This document shows positions 1 through 10,497 of a DNA stretch of 64,000 nucleotides, one piece after another. The stretch is taken from positions 37,264,001 through 37,328,000 of the forward strand of contig NC_087447.1 in the NCBI RefSeq assembly GCF_036321535.1, written 5' to 3'. The position numbers and the translations under genes were made by a program. Numbering within the stretch: position 1 is the stretch's first letter; each line of letters begins with the position of its first letter. The notes under the pieces were generated by a model. The model searched no databases. It saw nothing but the letters and a program-made list of their open reading frames with translations, and was not told where the DNA came from. The stretch is from Camelus dromedarius (taxonomy: Eukaryota).

Positions 1-694
1 GCATGTCCTCCTTGGCAAGGAGAGAAAGAAAGGCTGTTGAGTACTTTCTCCCCCGTCTGTTTGATAAAAAAGCATGTTTGTTTTTTGTTCATAGATTTAA
101 AGCCCAAAATGGGCCAGTCCTGTAAATAAAACATGGGCTCTCATTTGAAAAATTTATTATAAGGAATTTTGTTTATGATTTCATCTTCTCCAGTAATAAT
201 TAATTGGAGGTCTTCTCTGGTCCCCACAGACCAACAATCATTCAGACTGCACGAAAGGCTGATCCAACACAGCCTCTCCCGTGTCTCATACACAGCCAAA
301 GGAGCCGCCTCTGGGCGGCTACCACGTTAGCCTGCATTGGGGAAGTTGAGTTTATGATAAAACTTGCCTGTTCACATGTTTGGGGCATATTTACTAAGTC
401 TGTATGAGACACTGAGGTTAGAGAACCCTGTCAGGGATTCCTTAAATAAGGAAATTCTACCTTTAAACTGTCCTAATGGCTTAGAGCTATGCTCCGCATC
501 ACTTCCCCGGTGCTGAGAATGGAAGGTTATTCAAACTGTTTGGTCTAACAAAGGAAAGACACATACATATACACACCCACATCCACACAGTCATACAAAT
601 GATCGTAAGAACTGACAGTGAATCAATTCCATGTGTTGGACGCTAGGCTGAGAGATCTTTTTACATGAATCATCTCAGTCTGTACAAGAAGTAG

Positions 695-1095
695 TTTCAG
701 TCAGGGCAGACTGGGTTATGCCGTGGTAACAAACAACCCCCAGATCTTCATGGTTTGCAATGACAAGGCTTATTTCTCTCTCTTGCTACATGTCCACTGC
801 AGGTTGGTGAGGGTTCTGATCCATACTGCCCTCACTCTGGGACCCCAGCAGCCACACAGCCAATATTTGGAATATGGCCTTTGTGGCAGAGCACAAGAAA
901 GTCCTAGAGGATCTCACATCAGCCATTAAGTGACACACATCACTTCTGTTCACAATTTATTGGTCAGAACTAACCTTATGACCCTTCCTCTCACAAAGGG
1001 TTCAGGAGGTTCAGTCCTACTGTGTGACCCAAAAGTGGGGAGTCGGGTGGGGTGGTAACTGGAAATATTTACTGAAGAGAATTAGTAACTACATA
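695..1095 (-). mobile_element. MaLR solo LTR (MLT1K/L-like) inserted into a MIR
   Basis: Typical MLT1 text: 'ggttatgccgtggtaacaaacaacccccagatc...ggcttatttctctc' and 'cacatcacttctgttcacaatttattggtcagaacta'; MIR-like sequence on both sides. Confidence 0.75.
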
Positions 1096-1250
1096 ACAAC
1101 CTTAAAAGGTATGTACTCCCCCCCCCTCCACTTTACAGATTTATATATTATAGATGAGAAGACTGAGGAAGAGAAAGGATGTGTAGCTTGCTCCCGGTCA
1201 TGCATCTAATAAGTGGGGGGAGTAAAGATTCAGATTCGGGCAATTTGACA
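1096..1250 (-). mobile_element. MIR SINE fragment
   Basis: MIR core in reverse: 'tttacagat...agatgagaagactgagg...gcttgctcccggtcatgcatctaataagtgg'. Confidence 0.7.
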
Positions 1251-1624
1251 ACCCACTTCCACCAACCCAACATACACACTCACTGCTGTGCATGCACATG
1301 CTTCAACTCACACACTCACTCCCTGGGGTGCCAGTTAAGTGGGGACAGGGACCCTTAGGTCAATGTGTCCTGCCTATGTGTCCAGAAGTGGAGACAGAGT
1401 AGTGAGTGTGAGCCAAAGTCCTTAAAGAGAATTGAAGGTCAAGTCAGGGAAACTATGTTTAGTTGCTAAGTCCAAAAAGCAGGATCAAGGCCAAGAAAGA
1501 AAAACAAAAGAAACTAAAAGCCAAGGGTCAAGAACAGGATGCACTGAAAGAGGAATACGGTAGACAGCAGAGAGGGGCTGGTCCAGTGATGGATGTCAGC
1601 CAAAAGAGACACTTCTGTGTTTCT

Positions 1625-2186
1625 GTAGCAGAGGTGGAAGCACCGACAGTTTGTTTTCCTCTCTTTTTTTTTAATGCAGGTGCCCGACTTAAGCTTCCAT
1701 TGCTGAGGCATCGGCTTCAAGAGGCATGGACTTCAACACGGCTGTCTTGAATAAACAGGTTGTCAGCTTCAGGATTTAAACGCAGGTTGCCTCCTCCTAC
1801 TGAGGCTCCTTTGTTTTAAAGATCTTGGTTGATTTCAATGACTAATCATTTGGGTCACTTGTTTTTTCTCTTCTGGTGCTTTACATTCCTGCTCTTACAT
1901 TTTAAATTCACCAACATAGGGTGAATCCATGAAACCTTCTGCTCCCCACCCTCGATACACCAATAAAAGCAGAATCCCAGATCTGCCTGCTCTTTCTCTA
2001 CCTATGACCTCACTGTGTGGTCTCAGATGTGCTATGTAATTTCTGGGTCTTGTAAATAATAAACCTCCATTTTTTCAAAGTTTCTTGATGGTTATTGCTG
2101 CAAGGCATCTTACAATCATAAGTAGAACCACAGGGTTGGTCCAGCCACAGCACTGGTTATGGTTAGGCTGAAACCAGCACAAAACA
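1625..2186 (+). mobile_element. 5' LTR of the ERV
   Basis: Homologous to 7255-7781 (1801-1866 vs 7431-7496: 57/66 identical by manual count); AATAAA motifs; ends in CA immediately before the PBS; start approximate. Confidence 0.85.
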
Positions 2187-2188
2187 CT

Positions 2189-2207
2189 TGGCATATTTGG
2201 CAGGATT
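2189..2207 (+). promoter_or_regulatory. Retroviral primer-binding site, tRNA-Ser type
   Basis: TGGCATATTTGGCAGGATT matches 16/19 the complement of the tRNA-Ser 3' end (TGGCGTAGTCGGCAGGATT); two mismatches are CpG-decay type; 2 nt after LTR end. Confidence 0.8.
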
Positions 2208-3211
2208 GCAAGTTTTCCTTGCAATTAACTGAGGTTTATGCCCCTTATCTGCAACTTGCTCACTAACCAAACAGGTGTGTAACACCATCTGGGAAAGGAG
2301 CACTGCTTGCTGGAGGTCTATTGTACTGCTATGTGCTTTTGCTTATTGCTTATGTTTTGTGTTGCCTGTGGTATGCAGCTTAAAAGGTCCGGGCTGCCAT
2401 AATAATCCAATGACCTCCCCAGAGCAGCGTGATCAAGGCCATAGGGTCTAACAAGAAAATTAGACCACTAATTATTAAGACCAGTTAATCAACTAGTAAT
2501 GTGCACAAGGCCAAGGGGAGCTAAGGAAGGTGGATTGGATTGTAAGACTATTGTCACTGCTCAAGGAGAGGCTCTGGGCTAAAGGCATGAGGAAAAATTC
2601 CCATAGGTGAGAAAGACAAGAGGCCTCCACTTGTGACAATTGAGTCAGCAAGTCATGCCTAGACTACACGTCCTAAATCAGAAGAATGAAACAGCCTCGC
2701 AACTGGAAAATAATGACATCACTGAGGAAATATACAACAAAGACCTACAGCTTGTGTCACCACTTAACGCACAACTGTCACTCTTTGTCTTCTGACCCAA
2801 CAGGATATTATGAATCCAATCTCAGGTGTGATGTTGCTAAAAAATTAATGAGCAAATATAAATGTCCTAAACATCTGAAGCCAGCTCCTCCTAAGAACCC
2901 TGTAGATATACACCAGCTCCTTGAGAAATGCAAATCTCCATTGGAGTTTCGTGGGCATTGCTCAGTGCCATGGCATACCAACAGGCCAAGACTCTGGTAT
3001 TATACTCCAGAGGCCCAGAGGATTTTTCCAGAGACCCCTATACATCACATTAATGGGATCAAACCCCAACACTAGAAAGGTCTTTTGGTATACCTTAGAA
3101 AGAAAAATGGCCACCGACAAAGAGGGCTCACAGTGACATTATTCAAAATTTTCTGGTAACAACACACAAGATGAAGGTAACAGGAGAAAATTGAGAAATA
3201 GAAACTAAGTC

Positions 3212-3420
3212 AGAAACTATACTTTAATTGAAATTCAAACCTTTCTTAACGATTTTATGCATCAGGAAGGAAAGAGGGGAATTCATTGGTTATTGCAGGC
3301 TGTTTGTTTGTTTGTTTATTTGGAATAGGCTCTGAATGGTTATTCATTGCTGCCAAAATGCATGAATTAGCCAGTATCTCTAAAGACCCTAAAATCTGTA
3401 ATTTTCTTAAAGATCCATCT
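3212..3420 (+). pseudogene. Retroviral gag (capsid) remnant, ERV-L/HERV-S-like, frameshifted
   Basis: Manual translation RNYTLIEIQTFLNDFMHQEGKRGIHWLLQ, then after a (TGTT)n slip GIGSEWLFIAAKMHELASISKDPKI; resembles class III gag 'YT..EL..F...Y.Q..GE...W.LR...G.......EM..LASI..P'. Confidence 0.6.
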
Positions 3421-3899
3421 GGGCTCTATGCTCATTTTCTTTGAGAGACCATAGACCATAGATCCTGAGCCCCCTCAGCTTTCTTCTGAGCAGGGGGGAA
3501 CTAAGAAGCATGGCTCACCAGACATCTCTGCCATCAAGGGGAATGCTGATGGGATTATTGAGGTCCCTAGTGAGGAGAAAAGGGGGGAAAAAGGCAAAGA
3601 ACCTTAAAGCCACCAACATTTGTACCAGGGCCCTCCCTTTCCTCACTTGGATATTATTGCCCAGTGCTTTTGCCCACCCTTCCATCACAGTGATCACTGC
3701 TAAGGCTCACAGGGAACGGAAAGTATTAAAATGAAGCCTGTCTCCTGCTTTGCAAAATCGGTGTGGTCTAATGCGTTTATTATTTCCATGATAATGGTGA
3801 CCCAGATGACCTTCTCTTCATTTCTGACTCTGAAGAGGCCCCATTTGACCCTGAATTCAAAGAATCATTTTTACAGAAATCTCCCCCAAATCATAGGGC

Positions 3900-6800
3900 T
3901 GCATTACTATGTTTTAATTGGGACTGCCAAAATCATGCAAAAAGCACTAAAACTCCTACAGAGAAACTGGATATTTGGGTCTCTTAGTAAACACGTTCTG
4001 TGTCACATTGAAAAACTGTGCTGTGAGGAAATGTATGCTTCTAGAAATTATAAAATATATTCATAAATTTGCCAATCTAAAGAATGTTGGTGTAACACAT
4101 GGTTCACAATTGCTTACTTCTTAGTTTTCATTAGAAATTAAGATTCCTAAGGTTATAAATTCTAACGTATGTAATTAAAATTACTAGAAAAATGAGGAAG
4201 AAGAACTCCATATACAAGGAAAGTAGAATATGTTTTCAGATAAGAAGTATGAAGTGTAAAGATGAATTTTTGTTAAAGGAAAAGGGATTAATTTTGTCCT
4301 GAATTGAAGGAATTTTCTGTGTAGGCAGGCTGGCTAAGATTGAAATTGATCCAATTAAGTTTTTTAAAATAATGAATAAACAACTTTTAGTATCAGAAGT
4401 ACACTGATGCAAAAATCAGAATTTGGTTTTCTCTTTGTTAAAAGAACAAAAGTTACTTGGATTATTGGTCTGCTCTTAATAAGAAATTATGAGAGCTTTG
4501 TTTATTGTTTGTTTCTCCTTTTGGGTAATCTACCTGGAAAGTAAAGGCTTTGTGACTTACCAAAATAACTTATTGTGCTTCATGTTACCTTTATCAACAG
4601 CTCTTTGATTACTTAACTAAACATAGCCTTTTCAATATTAAGAGCTAAGTTTTGCTGAGAACTATGCAACCTCCTGCATTTGCCATTAAAATCATTTGTC
4701 ACTTTGGTTAAATGAATAATTAGTATTGTTTCATAATTATTTGTGATCTTGTTTAGGCAAGTGTCCAAAACCTTTTGATATTTGAGAAACTTCCTAAAAT
4801 AAAATTCTAAATGAACTCTATTTGACCTTGAACTAACTTTAGGATTATCCAGAGGGCCCCTGGGACATCTTAAACGATTTGTTCTCTCTCCTTTAAAAGG
4901 AGAGATGTTAAACTAATTAGGCTTATTTGGTATGTTAAATTACGTGGGAAGAATTATCAACTAAGTGATGCTAAACCTTCTATATTATATTTGTGTGAAT
5001 ATGTGTTATTAGTATACATGTTCTAGAAATTGTATAAAATTCCTAAAAATCTGATTTTTCTCTGGCATAATGTTATCCCTTATGATTCTAGTTATTATCT
5101 TAAAATGTTCAGTGCCACAGAAATAATTAAATTTCCTTGTCAACTGCATTGTAATAAACTCTAATTGGATCTTTAACGATGACCATTTTAAAGTCTTTTG
5201 TCATTTAAAATTATTGTTTTACTCTGGTGCTTTTGCAAAAGTGCTTAATCCTCAATGAGATTCATAGAAAGGACTCTGACAAGTACTCTAGAACACAGGT
5301 TTTTGATAAATTTTAGGTCATACCACTGAACTGCATAAGAAATTACAGAACTCTAGGGAAACAAATAAATAAATACTGCTGGCTTCATAAAACCACTAAC
5401 AGAAGATCAATATTAACAAGAATTAATCACATGTAGCTAAATCAACTGATGAGGATGATCATAACTTTTATACATTTTTGTTTAAAATATTGATGGTTCT
5501 TTCATCTTTTTTTCCCCAGATATAAGAAAACCTTTTAAGCTAACTATGACTTACAGCAGTTTGGTAAGTTATACCTTTATAAGCAGAGTTTAAACATTTA
5601 CATTTTTCTCCCTACTTGATCCTTCCAGAATTAGGAAACTTTTAGTGAGTATTATTATTTTTATGGCAATATAGGTATTTGCATATGTTCAATAAGAATC
5701 TATTCTCCCCGTAGCCAGACACAATTTAAAACACTGGATCTATTACTAAGACTTGGACTGAAATGCCATATTTGAAAGAGACATGCATAGATGCAGATAT
5801 GACCAGAGTGCTTTAAGGAAATAAGGTTGGCTTTATGGAGCCAATGAAACACCTTAAAAAAAGTTAGCCTGGTACTTTACTTAGAGGATTCCTAGCAGTC
5901 TTATCAGGTGGGTAAAGAAGGTCACTTCTTGGCAGGCACAGGAGACCAAGGGTATTTTAGGAACCTTGAGAAAAGAGGAGTTTACCCAGATCTATACTGT
6001 ATTGCAGGTGAAGTCTGATGTCAAGATCCTGGCTTGGCATCTTAGGCTCCAGAAGTCTTTTAAAAGTCCAGTCTGAGGTTTCTTATGAAAAGCTCTAGCA
6101 AAGCAGACTTAAAAGAGTCTATGTGGTCAATCACTATTCTTTCTACACTATGTAAATAACCAAGCCAAGTTTAATGAGATGAGACTTATTTTTACAAACA
6201 AATTACTCTCATTTTGATTACAAATTGGGATGATTCTAGAGAGAAAAATACATATTCTGTTAATACATATCCCTGGATATCAAATTCTAGTGCTGCTAAT
6301 TGTCTTTGAGGTTTGGTTTTCTACCTGTAAACTAGATTGGATACTACATTCTTCATGTTTCCTCTGATATCTGACTACAATTCTCCAAACTAATATTTCC
6401 AATTTTTCTCCCAATCCTCTGACTTGGGACCATTGAGAACTAAAACTCCCCTCTTCCTAAAGCTTTGCAAGCTGAAATGGGACTTGACATAAACTTCAAA
6501 GAAATCACCACAATAGCTCACGTACAGATAATCTTCATGCCTGCTGAATGTGCGTCACTCAGAAAGAACATCAGAAGCATTCAAACTACAAACCAGGAAA
6601 GTTTATCAGATTGCCACTGCCTTTGTTCACTCCATCTGAAGATGCTTTGAGCCCAACATCTAGGAATCTTGACTAGCTGCCTTCAGAATTCAGAAACTGG
6701 GATTATAATCTTCTCCACTCATTAACCTTTTTTTTTTTTTTTGCTTGCTTGTTTCCATAGAAATGCATTTTATTAAATATCTTGACACAAATACTTGCAC

Positions 6801-6900
6801 CATGCAGTCCTACCTTTGGGTGCCCACCTGCATCACCTCCTGAAATGAAACATAAACTTTAACTAAACTGACTTATTCTCAGTACTAAGAGACTAATTTG
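3900..6900 (+). mobile_element. AT-rich non-coding ERV internal segment, MER4-group-like
   Basis: ~3 kb AT-rich, nearly ORF-free stretch between the LTRs, resembling the internal non-coding region of MER4-group elements. Confidence 0.65.
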
Positions 6901-6922
6901 ATGAGATATGGAACAATTTACC

Positions 6923-7240
6923 AACTCAGGACAGATTCAAACCTACTTACAACAGATGGACCAAGATGTTGAAGTAGTACACAATATTACCCAAATCCTT
7001 AAACAGATTTCCAGGGCCAACCTCTGGGATCACTGACCTGTTTTCATGACTGGACACTTCAAGTTTGGGACAATGACTACAGACTGGATTTTAGACTATT
7101 GTCTGTGTAATTATTATAGGGTTTGCTACTATAATCCTATTTAGATGTATCCTGTCTGGGTTACGGCGTACACTACCCCTGACTTCTAGCATGTCAGCTA
7201 CCGAGGTAGTTAACGTCCTCACCACTGACACCTATGCCTG
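6923..7240 (+). pseudogene. Retroviral env TM C-terminal remnant
   Basis: NSGQIQTYLQQMDQDVEVVHNITQILKQIS / frameshift / GITDLFS*LDTSSLGQ*LQTGF*TIVCVIIIGFATIILFRCILSGLRR: heptad, 'DLFSWL..G.W' motif and hydrophobic TM span just upstream of the 3' LTR. Confidence 0.7.
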
Positions 7241-7254
7241 AACATCACAGGGTA

Positions 7255-7781
7255 TATTATGGCATAAGCCCTGACAACTTTTTTTTTTTCTTTTTCGTAA
7301 TGCTAATGCCTGACTTAAGCTTTGATTTTGGAGGTACTCACTACAAACAGGCATCCACTACAATGAGTATCTCAAATAAACACATTGCCAGCCACAGGAC
7401 TAGATAAAGAGCCAGACTGCCTCCACAAACTGAGGTTCTTTTGTTTTAAAGATCTTGATTAATTTCAGTAACTAACAATTTGGGCCACTTGTTTTTCCTT
7501 GTCTCATGCTTTAAATTCCAACTCTTATGTTTTAAATTCACCAATAAAGAGTAAGTCCAAGAAACTCTAGGCCCCCACCCTCAACCCCAATAAAAGCAGA
7601 ACCCCAGGCCTGCCTGCTCTCTCTCTCTCTCTCCCTTTACCCATGACCTCACTGTGTGGCCCCAGATGTGCTGTGTAATTTCCAGGTCCCATAAGTAATA
7701 AACCTTAATTATTTTCAGTTTCCTGATGGTTGTTGCTGAAGGGCATCTTGCAATTATAATAAGAACCACAAGGACTGGTCC
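7255..7781 (+). mobile_element. 3' LTR of the ERV (3'-truncated)
   Basis: Homology to the 5' LTR ends at 'gaaccacaaggactggtcc', about 45 bp short of the 5' LTR end. Confidence 0.85.
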
Positions 7782-8189
7782 TTGGGGTTGTGAGATTGGT
7801 ACAACTGGAGTGTGGGTGGGCTTGGCTGAGTTCAAGGTCTAGGGAGGAAGCAGAGCATGACAAATATTCTCTCAAGGTTGATCCTCTTACCCAACTCCAA
7901 CTCTCACTGGGGGAGTGCATCCTCCCCAACTTGTAGGAGGTTGGGAAAGAACCCAGAGATGGTGGATGGAACCTTCTTTGAGAGCCACACTTGGCCCTGC
8001 TACTGCTTAAGGATTTATCTCATAGGTTAGCCCTTCACATGAAACTGGCCTGCCCCCTTGTCATAAGGATTTCCAGGCAAAAACACTGCTCTGCCATGAT
8101 TCTCTTTCTCCCTGAATCTACCTCCTTGACCTCTCATGCTTGCTGCTAGTCAAAGGGCTCTTTGAGCTATGTATGGCAATGTATGACCT

Positions 8190-8620
8190 GAGAAGGATGA
8201 TTAGAGTTTAAAGAAGGAACTATTCACAAAGGAGTAGGCAGGGTCAAAGCAACTAACAAGGGATGTTGAAGCACCATGAGGCTAGCAACTGTGAATTTCT
8301 CTTACTACTCCTAGGAGAAGGCGCAAAGGGAGGGAGCAGTTACCAGACCTGGGCAGATCTGTGGCTATAGGAGAGACTTTCTGATGGAGGTGAGACTTTC
8401 TGATGGAGGTGAGACTTTCAGTAGAGAAACATGGTAAGGAGGGAGCTGGGGGAATAAATGTTCCAGCTTCTCTCTCCTTCCACCTTCTAATCTACTGGTG
8501 AAGCTTCCCATTGGCTGAACTCAATTGGATGCCAAAAGGCAAAGGAATCTAGGTAATGGGTCTCTAAAGCTCATTTTCCCAGGGTAGAAAGCAAGGTAAG
8601 AAGGGAAGAAAGAGCAAAAA
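8190..8620. mobile_element. ERVL solo LTR, LTR33-like
   Basis: 'ggaactattcacaaaggagtaggcaggg...gggagggagcagttaccaga...gggggaataaat...cccattggctgaactcaa' matches LTR33-type consensus text. Confidence 0.7.
8373..8419 (+). repeat. 19-bp tandem duplication (GAGACTTTCTGATGGAGGT x2.5)
   Basis: Two perfect copies at 8373-8391 and 8392-8410 plus a partial copy. Confidence 0.95.
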
Positions 8621-8779
8621 AATATGTGTTTTTGAGGGGTTCCTGGGCGTGATGCTTCTGATAAACCTCCTTCTAGGAGCTTACACCACCACCATTATCC
8701 CCTGTGGTTACCTCCAGTGACAGTGGCTATTGTCCTTTGACTGCTACTCTAGGGTCTGATGGTTGTTCATCCGTTGAGT

Positions 8780-9420
8780 TAACCATTCAAAAAAAATTTA
8801 AACACCTATTGTGAGCCAGGTCCTGTTTTAGATACTCTGGATCCAGCAGTGAACAGAGCCAAGTGCCTGCCTTCATGGGATATACATTCTAGTGAGGAAA
8901 ACTGACAATGAAGAAGTTTACAAAGAGCTATATTAGAGAACACCAGCTGGGAAGAAGAGGCAGAGCAAGAGTGTAAAGAGTGATGGAAGCTGCTATTTTA
9001 GATCAGGTTATCAGGAAAGAGGAGGTGACAAGCCAAGCCACCATGTACCATGCACACAGGGGTGAAATGCATACACCAGCTCTGTCATTTAGGAAATTTC
9101 AACACCTTTAGGAACAAGGTATTACATCAAAAAAATTGAAAGGACAAAAGCTGGTTAACCATTTACAAGGAATATTTCACAAGTTAAGAAAATGAGGTAT
9201 TTTTGAAAGCTTAGAGTTCAAAGGAAGAAGTCACTGCCCTGGAGAGATCAAGGGAGGCTTCCTGGAGGAGGCAGTGCCTTGGAGTTCCTTGGTGGGTGGG
9301 GTCATTGGCTAGAAAGAAATGAGCAGGGAGGACATGTGGGGAGTGGGGAAACCAGTGTGAGCAAAGTTACAGAGGTGACAATGAGTTAGTGACGATCGGG
9401 GAGAAAGTGAGAGAGCTAAT
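8780..9420 (-). mobile_element. L2 LINE fragments
   Basis: Reverse L2 3' end 'aacacctattgtgagccaggtcctg...cagcagtgaacag...acattctagtgagg' and 'agggaggcttcctggaggagg'. Confidence 0.7.
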
Positions 9421-9539
9421 GAGTTTTGCAGGCTGCAGGCAAGGATTTGACATATGCTTTGAATTACCCACCAGTCAATTGGCACCAAAATGTGTTAGGG
9501 TAATGGCCAGTTTAGTAGCAGGGTCAGGCCCAGGTTGAA

Positions 9540-9940
9540 ATTTTCTCTGGGCTCATAATGAGTTGTGTAACTTCATGTAAGTTTCTCGGCTTCCTTGAGC
9601 TTCAGTTTGCTCATCACTAAAGTGGGGGAAAGGCGTAATAGGGAAGATTGGATGTGGAACATCTGGCACATAGTAGGCACTAAATGACTATTACTTTTCT
9701 CCTTCTCGGTCTAAGAAATGAACAATAAAAGGCAAACTGCTTGTCCCGACTGAAAAAGAGCAATTAAGTTTCAGGTAGCAAGCCGACGTTCATGGGAGTG
9801 GCAGCCCAGGCTCGGGAGTCAGACTGCCTGGATTCTACACTGGGTTTCTCCATTTATCAATGGAATGAACTGGGGTAACATGATAAATATTTTCTTTGGG
9901 CCTCAGTTTTGGGCACAGAATAAGTGTAGCTAGCTATCTT
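9540..9940 (+). mobile_element. Two MIR fragments
   Basis: 'ttgagcttcagtttgctcatc', 'tggcacatagtaggcact', 'ggagtcagactgcctgg'. Confidence 0.7.
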
Positions 9941-10009
9941 GTCTTTATTGTGTTAACTGACCCGGAACAATCCATTGCAGTGCCCCGATGCCCATCTGCC
10001 ACTGGGAGA

Positions 10010-10497
10010 CAGCAAATATTTTCTCCCTTTCCATATGTTGTCTTTTTGTTTTGTTTATTGTTTCCTTTGCTCTGCAAAAAGCTGGTAAGTTTAATTAGGT
10101 CCCATTTGTTTATTTTTGCTTTTACTTCTATTGCCTGGGTAGACTGCCCTAGGAGAACATTGCAAAGATTTATGTCAGAAAATGTTTGCCTATGTTTTTT
10201 TTCTTGTAGGTTTATTATAGTGTCTTATGTTTAAGTCTTAAGCCATTTTGAGTTTATTTTTGTGTATGGTGTGAGGGAGTGTTCTAACTTCCCTGATTTA
10301 CATGTGGCTGTTCAACTTTCCGAACATCACTTGCTGAAGAGTCTACCTTTTCTTCATTGTATATTCTTGCCTCCTTTGTCAAAGATTAATTGACCATAAG
10401 TGTGTAAGTTTATCTCTGGGCTCTCTATTCTGTTCCACTGATCATATGTATTTTTTTGTGACAAAACCACACTGTTTTTATTACTGTAGCTTTGTAG
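10010..10497 (-). mobile_element. L1 ORF2 3'-region fragment, younger subfamily
   Basis: Reverse frame encodes '[29 protein letters not shown]', a canonical L1 ORF2p segment. Confidence 0.9.

Larger units (their letters stand above)
1625..7781 (+). mobile_element. Decayed non-autonomous endogenous retrovirus (LTR-PBS-gag remnant-AT-rich internal-env remnant-LTR)
   Basis: Direct repeats at ~1625-2186 and ~7255-7781, PBS just after the first, gag-like and env-TM-like peptide remnants, no pol. Confidence 0.9.

Noticed and set aside
2189..2207. tRNA gene
   Set aside because: Only the 3'-complementary 18-19 nt are present (a PBS); no cloverleaf or A box
2686..3075. 129-aa ORF inside the ERV as an intact retroviral gene
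   Set aside because: No recognisable Gag/Pol motifs, and surrounding frames are full of stops
8373..8419. Direct repeats as a CRISPR-like array
   Set aside because: No spacers; simple tandem duplication in a eukaryotic LTR
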